From positions 1 through 59,230 of IMG/VR virus record IMGVR_UViG_3300020045_004392: DNA of 59,230 bases; one strand, written 5' to 3'. The notes beneath the pieces were generated by a model. That model saw only the letters and a program-made list of their open reading frames with translations. It was not told the origin of the DNA and searched no databases. This document shows positions 55,809-59,230 of the stretch, piece by piece (position 1 is the first letter of the stretch; each line of letters starts with the position of its first letter). The stretch comes from a virus. Its lineage: Duplodnaviria; Caudoviricetes. Both the position numbers and the translations under genes were made by a program.

Positions 55809-57428
55809 ATGAATACGAAGATTAACACAAAGATAAGCACGAAGATACCTGCTTTGGTTCAACAGTGGACAAATTTGAATCAATTTAAGTATTACTTAGA
55901 TAGCGTGAACGGCAATGATTTGGATTCAGGTCTATCTCCATCTCAGGCAAAAAAAACTATTGCAGCATTACCAGAAATTGTTTCAGGAGATAAGATTGGT
56001 ATAGCTAAAGGGTCATATTTCAGGGAAGAATTAAACCTACATAATATTAATGACCTCACAATTGGGTCGTATGGGTTTGGAGCAAAGCCTATTATAGATT
56101 GTGCCGATCAATGCGTAAGTGCCAATTTCGTAAAAGATGGAGGTTACACGAATGTTTATCAATACATACACGCACATCAGGTAGAATCTTTGTTTTACCT
56201 TTCGATGTGGGAAAATGGGTTAAGGTTAAAATATGTTACATCATTAGCTCTTGTTGATTCTACACCCGGAAGTTATTATGTCCCCACCTCTAGTGGTGCA
56301 GGAAATATTACATTTTACGTACACACCTCAGATTCGAGTAGTCCAATTACTAACACAAAGATATATGATGCAAGTACGCGGAATTGGGGCTTAGTTGTAA
56401 ACAACAACTGTACTGTTTTTGGATTACACACAAAAAGAAATGCACATCCAAACGGATCAACAGAAATACATGAAAATGGAACGGTTTATGATTGCGTGTT
56501 CGAAGATGGAGCGAAACACAATTTCTTTATCAATTATGGTACTGTAACCGATTGTTTTGCATGGAAGGCTGATGAGCCAAGCAGGGTTCAATATGCGATG
56601 TTTGTTGGATACTCTGTTGATGGTAGGGGTAAGTCAGTAGTTTGGGAAAGATGCACGGCAAGGGGTTCAAATACTACGGATGGAGGGAGCGCATTCACGA
56701 ATCATACGTCTGGAAATTCAATGCCATTTGATTCAGTAAGTTTTATTGATTGTTCTGTAACATTTATAGGTCAAGCATTTGGGGCAAATAATACAATTGT
56801 TATGAATGCAACCAGATGTTTTGCCTCAGTTATAGGAAAGGGATTTGTACCGGAATCGACTACTGCTAATATAGTTAATTGCAGAATAGACGGGTATGAT
56901 TCAAATAATAATAAACAAACAACAAGATCAATAGACTCTACTTCTTCTTCGCTGAATATATCTGGATTAAGGGCAAATGTAAATCGAGAAAACGATGCGG
57001 TTATCTATGGCGCAGGGGTAATTAATATAACTAAAAGCGCAATATCAATACTTTCCGGTAGTACCGGATGGCAAAGATTCGTATTGTGCAGATCAACAGG
57101 TGTTCAAATCAACTCAACATATAATGTTGTAAATGGCATGGATACGTTGTATAGCTGTCCGGCAGGATCATATATTATTGCAAGTGAAAATAATGTTGTT
57201 AGTTCAAATACATTAGAAATAAAAAATAACAACGTAGCTTATTCAACATTTTATGCATATAAATCTGCCAATGCAACATTAGATATTAATTCCGTAGTTG
57301 GAGACCCTTTGTTTATAGATCCTTCAGTTGGTAATTATTCTTTACAAGAAGGAAGTCCAGCAATTGCTATTGGTGCAGGATTAGAAAATAACAACATAGT
57401 TTATACGGAAATTCCAGCATCGGCTTAG
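55809..57428 (+). CDS. Parallel beta-helix protein
   Basis: YYLDSVNGND..SGLSPSQAKKTI, GDKIGIAKGS, and GDPLF...GNYSLQEGSPAI motifs. Confidence 0.75.
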   Translation: MNTKINTKISTKIPALVQQWTNLNQFKYYLDSVNGNDLDSGLSPSQAKKTIAALPEIVSGDKIGIAKGSYFREELNLHNINDLTIGSYGFGAKPIIDCADQCVSANFVKDGGYTNVYQYIHAHQVESLFYLSMWENGLRLKYVTSLALVDSTPGSYYVPTSSGAGNITFYVHTSDSSSPITNTKIYDASTRNWGLVVNNNCTVFGLHTKRNAHPNGSTEIHENGTVYDCVFEDGAKHNFFINYGTVTDCFAWKADEPSRVQYAMFVGYSVDGRGKSVVWERCTARGSNTTDGGSAFTNHTSGNSMPFDSVSFIDCSVTFIGQAFGANNTIVMNATRCFASVIGKGFVPESTTANIVNCRIDGYDSNNNKQTTRSIDSTSSSLNISGLRANVNRENDAVIYGAGVINITKSAISILSGSTGWQRFVLCRSTGVQINSTYNVVNGMDTLYSCPAGSYIIASENNVVSSNTLEIKNNNVAYSTFYAYKSANATLDINSVVGDPLFIDPSVGNYSLQEGSPAIAIGAGLENNNIVYTEIPASA

Positions 57429-57467
57429 TTCGACTTTAGGACAAGTTGAACCAAAAAACTATAATAT

Positions 57468-57980
57468 ATGAAACCAAAAATAACAACGACAGGATCAGAG
57501 CCGATAACATTGGCCGAAGCAAAAGCATGGTTAAAGGTTGATTATCCGGATGAAGATACGCTTATCTCGATGCTAATTTCAGGTGTACGCGAGCAAGTAG
57601 AGGAATTTACTGGGTTATCATTAATTGCTTCAACAATCGAATATTTCAACGACGAGATACCCGAAGAAATTATTTTGCCTTATCCTGAACACGCTTCGAT
57701 TACTGAGGTTAAGATTAACGATGTTATTTCAACTTCATACAAAAAAACCGGATTAACTCAGTTTATTATTTATCCGGAATATACTTATCTTAGCGGTGAA
57801 GATCAGCAAGGAATTTACATTAAGTATGTAACTTCAGGATCGTGTCCGGTTGGGTTAAAACTTGAACTTCTAAAAATCATTGATGAGAAATACCGGAACC
57901 GTGGTAATACTTTTGAGGGGTCAATTTCAGAACTTAATGAAAATGCGTATGCAAATTTGGCAAAATATTGTTTAATGTAG
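57468..57980 (+). CDS. Head-tail connector protein
   Basis: Homolog of 11844-12356. Confidence 0.85.
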   Translation: MKPKITTTGSEPITLAEAKAWLKVDYPDEDTLISMLISGVREQVEEFTGLSLIASTIEYFNDEIPEEIILPYPEHASITEVKINDVISTSYKKTGLTQFIIYPEYTYLSGEDQQGIYIKYVTSGSCPVGLKLELLKIIDEKYRNRGNTFEGSISELNENAYANLAKYCLM

Positions 57981-58065
57981 TTGTTTGCCCCGCTTCCCGT
58001 CAGATCATCGCGCTCAGGGCAAACCATTTTATTTTATGTATTATGAACGAAGATAAAGTATTCGC

Positions 58066-59230
58066 ATGAACACAGGCAAACTAAATAGACGGATCACAAT
58101 CGTAACGCCAGGGGCAATGACTACGGTTGCACATTGCACCAGAGCAGGAATCCATCATCACGATGGCGATTTTGTTGAGTATAGCAACAATACGATGTAT
58201 GATAATTCAATGGGTATTTGGTTCCAGAATACAAATGCAGAAGATAGTATTCACGATGTAGAGGTGTTCGATAATATAATGATTGCAAAAGTTGCAACAC
58301 ATAAATTATTGGCATTTTCAAGTAATTGGGATGATGTTCAAACTTTTGGAACTGCTGACAGAAACTATTATTTCAGACCAATTGCTCAGACTGATGTAAT
58401 GTATGTCAATCAACCATCGAATGTAAATCAAACATTCACGGTTGCACAGTGGCGTACTTTCTCCGGTCAGGATACAAATTCATTCTTACCACCTTATTCC
58501 GTTTTGGTTGAATCAGATTTTAGATTTGAATATAATGCAACATCTTCACCTATTGTTATAAGTGTTACAACTCCGGTATTTGACTATTTTGGAACTGAAT
58601 ACGAAAATGAGGACATAACCCTTCAGCCTTATACTTCAATTGTTCTGATGAATTATAATACGACAGGCTATGAAAACGAATTGATTGATTACATCAATGA
58701 GTTAACAACTCCATTATCAACTCCGACTCTGACTAAGATTAATAGTTTTATGGTTACTCTTAAATCAGGGCTTGCAATTACAGCTTTGAGTCAGGCATTT
58801 GATTATATGCGCTTCTATGGTAGTGAGACTTTGGAAAGTGCATTGCGGAATATGGTGAAAAGATCACATGACGCAACGGCTGTTAATTCACCTACGTTCG
58901 CTGCAAATGATGGAATTACATTCAATGGTACAAGTAATTACATTGAGCAGAATTATACCCCTTCAACGCAAAAAGTAACTTGGTCTCAAAACTCAGCATC
59001 GTACGGTATTTACTTTAAAACATTACAGCGTGGAGTCAATAAAGTAAATGGAGCGTATGCTACTACGGCAAATGGAGGCACTTCTAAAATTGTATTGATT
59101 GGAAGCGAAACAGCAACTACTTTATATGTTGATGTAAACAATGCCATATCTGCCCCTAAAATTACGAGTTCCATAACGTCTGGATTTATAATCGGATCAA
59201 GAACTGGCAGTTCAGGATTAGATGCTTATG
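58066..59230 (+). CDS. Chimeric ORF open to window end: 19 aa of head-closure protein fused to a beta-helix C-terminal region
   Basis: MNTGKLNRRITIVTPGAMT then TVAHCTRAGI...FGTADRNYYFRPI...RFEYNAT...LQPYTSIVL, similar to the C-terminus of 9837-11804. No stop before 59230. Confidence 0.6.
   Translation, partial: MNTGKLNRRITIVTPGAMTTVAHCTRAGIHHHDGDFVEYSNNTMYDNSMGIWFQNTNAEDSIHDVEVFDNIMIAKVATHKLLAFSSNWDDVQTFGTADRNYYFRPIAQTDVMYVNQPSNVNQTFTVAQWRTFSGQDTNSFLPPYSVLVESDFRFEYNATSSPIVISVTTPVFDYFGTEYENEDITLQPYTSIVLMNYNTTGYENELIDYINELTTPLSTPTLTKINSFMVTLKSGLAITALSQAFDYMRFYGSETLESALRNMVKRSHDATAVNSPTFAANDGITFNGTSNYIEQNYTPSTQKVTWSQNSASYGIYFKTLQRGVNKVNGAYATTANGGTSKIVLIGSETATTLYVDVNNAISAPKITSSITSGFIIGSRTGSSGLDAY

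Larger units (their letters stand above)
42457..58122. mobile_element. Second, diverged related phage segment (copy B): early genes to head closure
   Basis: Colinear with 1-12,480; near-identical blocks alternate with non-homologous gene replacements. Confidence 0.85.

Noticed and set aside
42457-58122. Direct terminal repeat / circular overlap
   Set aside because: Too many substitutions and non-homologous genes for an exact repeat.
1-59230. Stop-codon reassignment suggested by the phage tRNA
   Set aside because: Genes are intact and densely packed under the standard code, and the tRNA anticodon is GTA, not a suppressor.

Overview
The window is tailed-phage DNA. Gene order is siphovirus/HK97-like, and TAnnTTTG promoters, SD-less A-rich leaders and signal peptides ending in X-Q point to a Bacteroidota host. 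Bases ~1-42,450 form one full genome unit: packaging, head, tail and lysis genes on +, and early replication, recombination and methylase genes on -. From ~42,457 a second, clearly diverged relative begins at the homologous position and runs through the head module. At ~58,122 it breaks into a third fragment, so the contig may be a chimera of related phages. No integrase, CRISPR array or reverse transcriptase is visible. Two systems stand out. (1) A 7-cassette integron-type array (38,387-43,055) has bona fide attC-like sites but no IntI. Every gene is antisense to the canonical cassette orientation, several start inside their own attC hairpin, and one cassette is precisely present in one genome copy and absent in the other. 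(2) A circularly permuted (two-piece) tmRNA with tag GNNFEMKAAA and a tRNA-Tyr sit as a promoter-bearing insert in the tail operon. Also notable: many signal-peptide proteins in the virion modules, a repeated leader motif upstream of SSB and the annealase, and an origin-like region with swapped flanking repeats. All product calls come from motifs and synteny read by eye; no database search was run.
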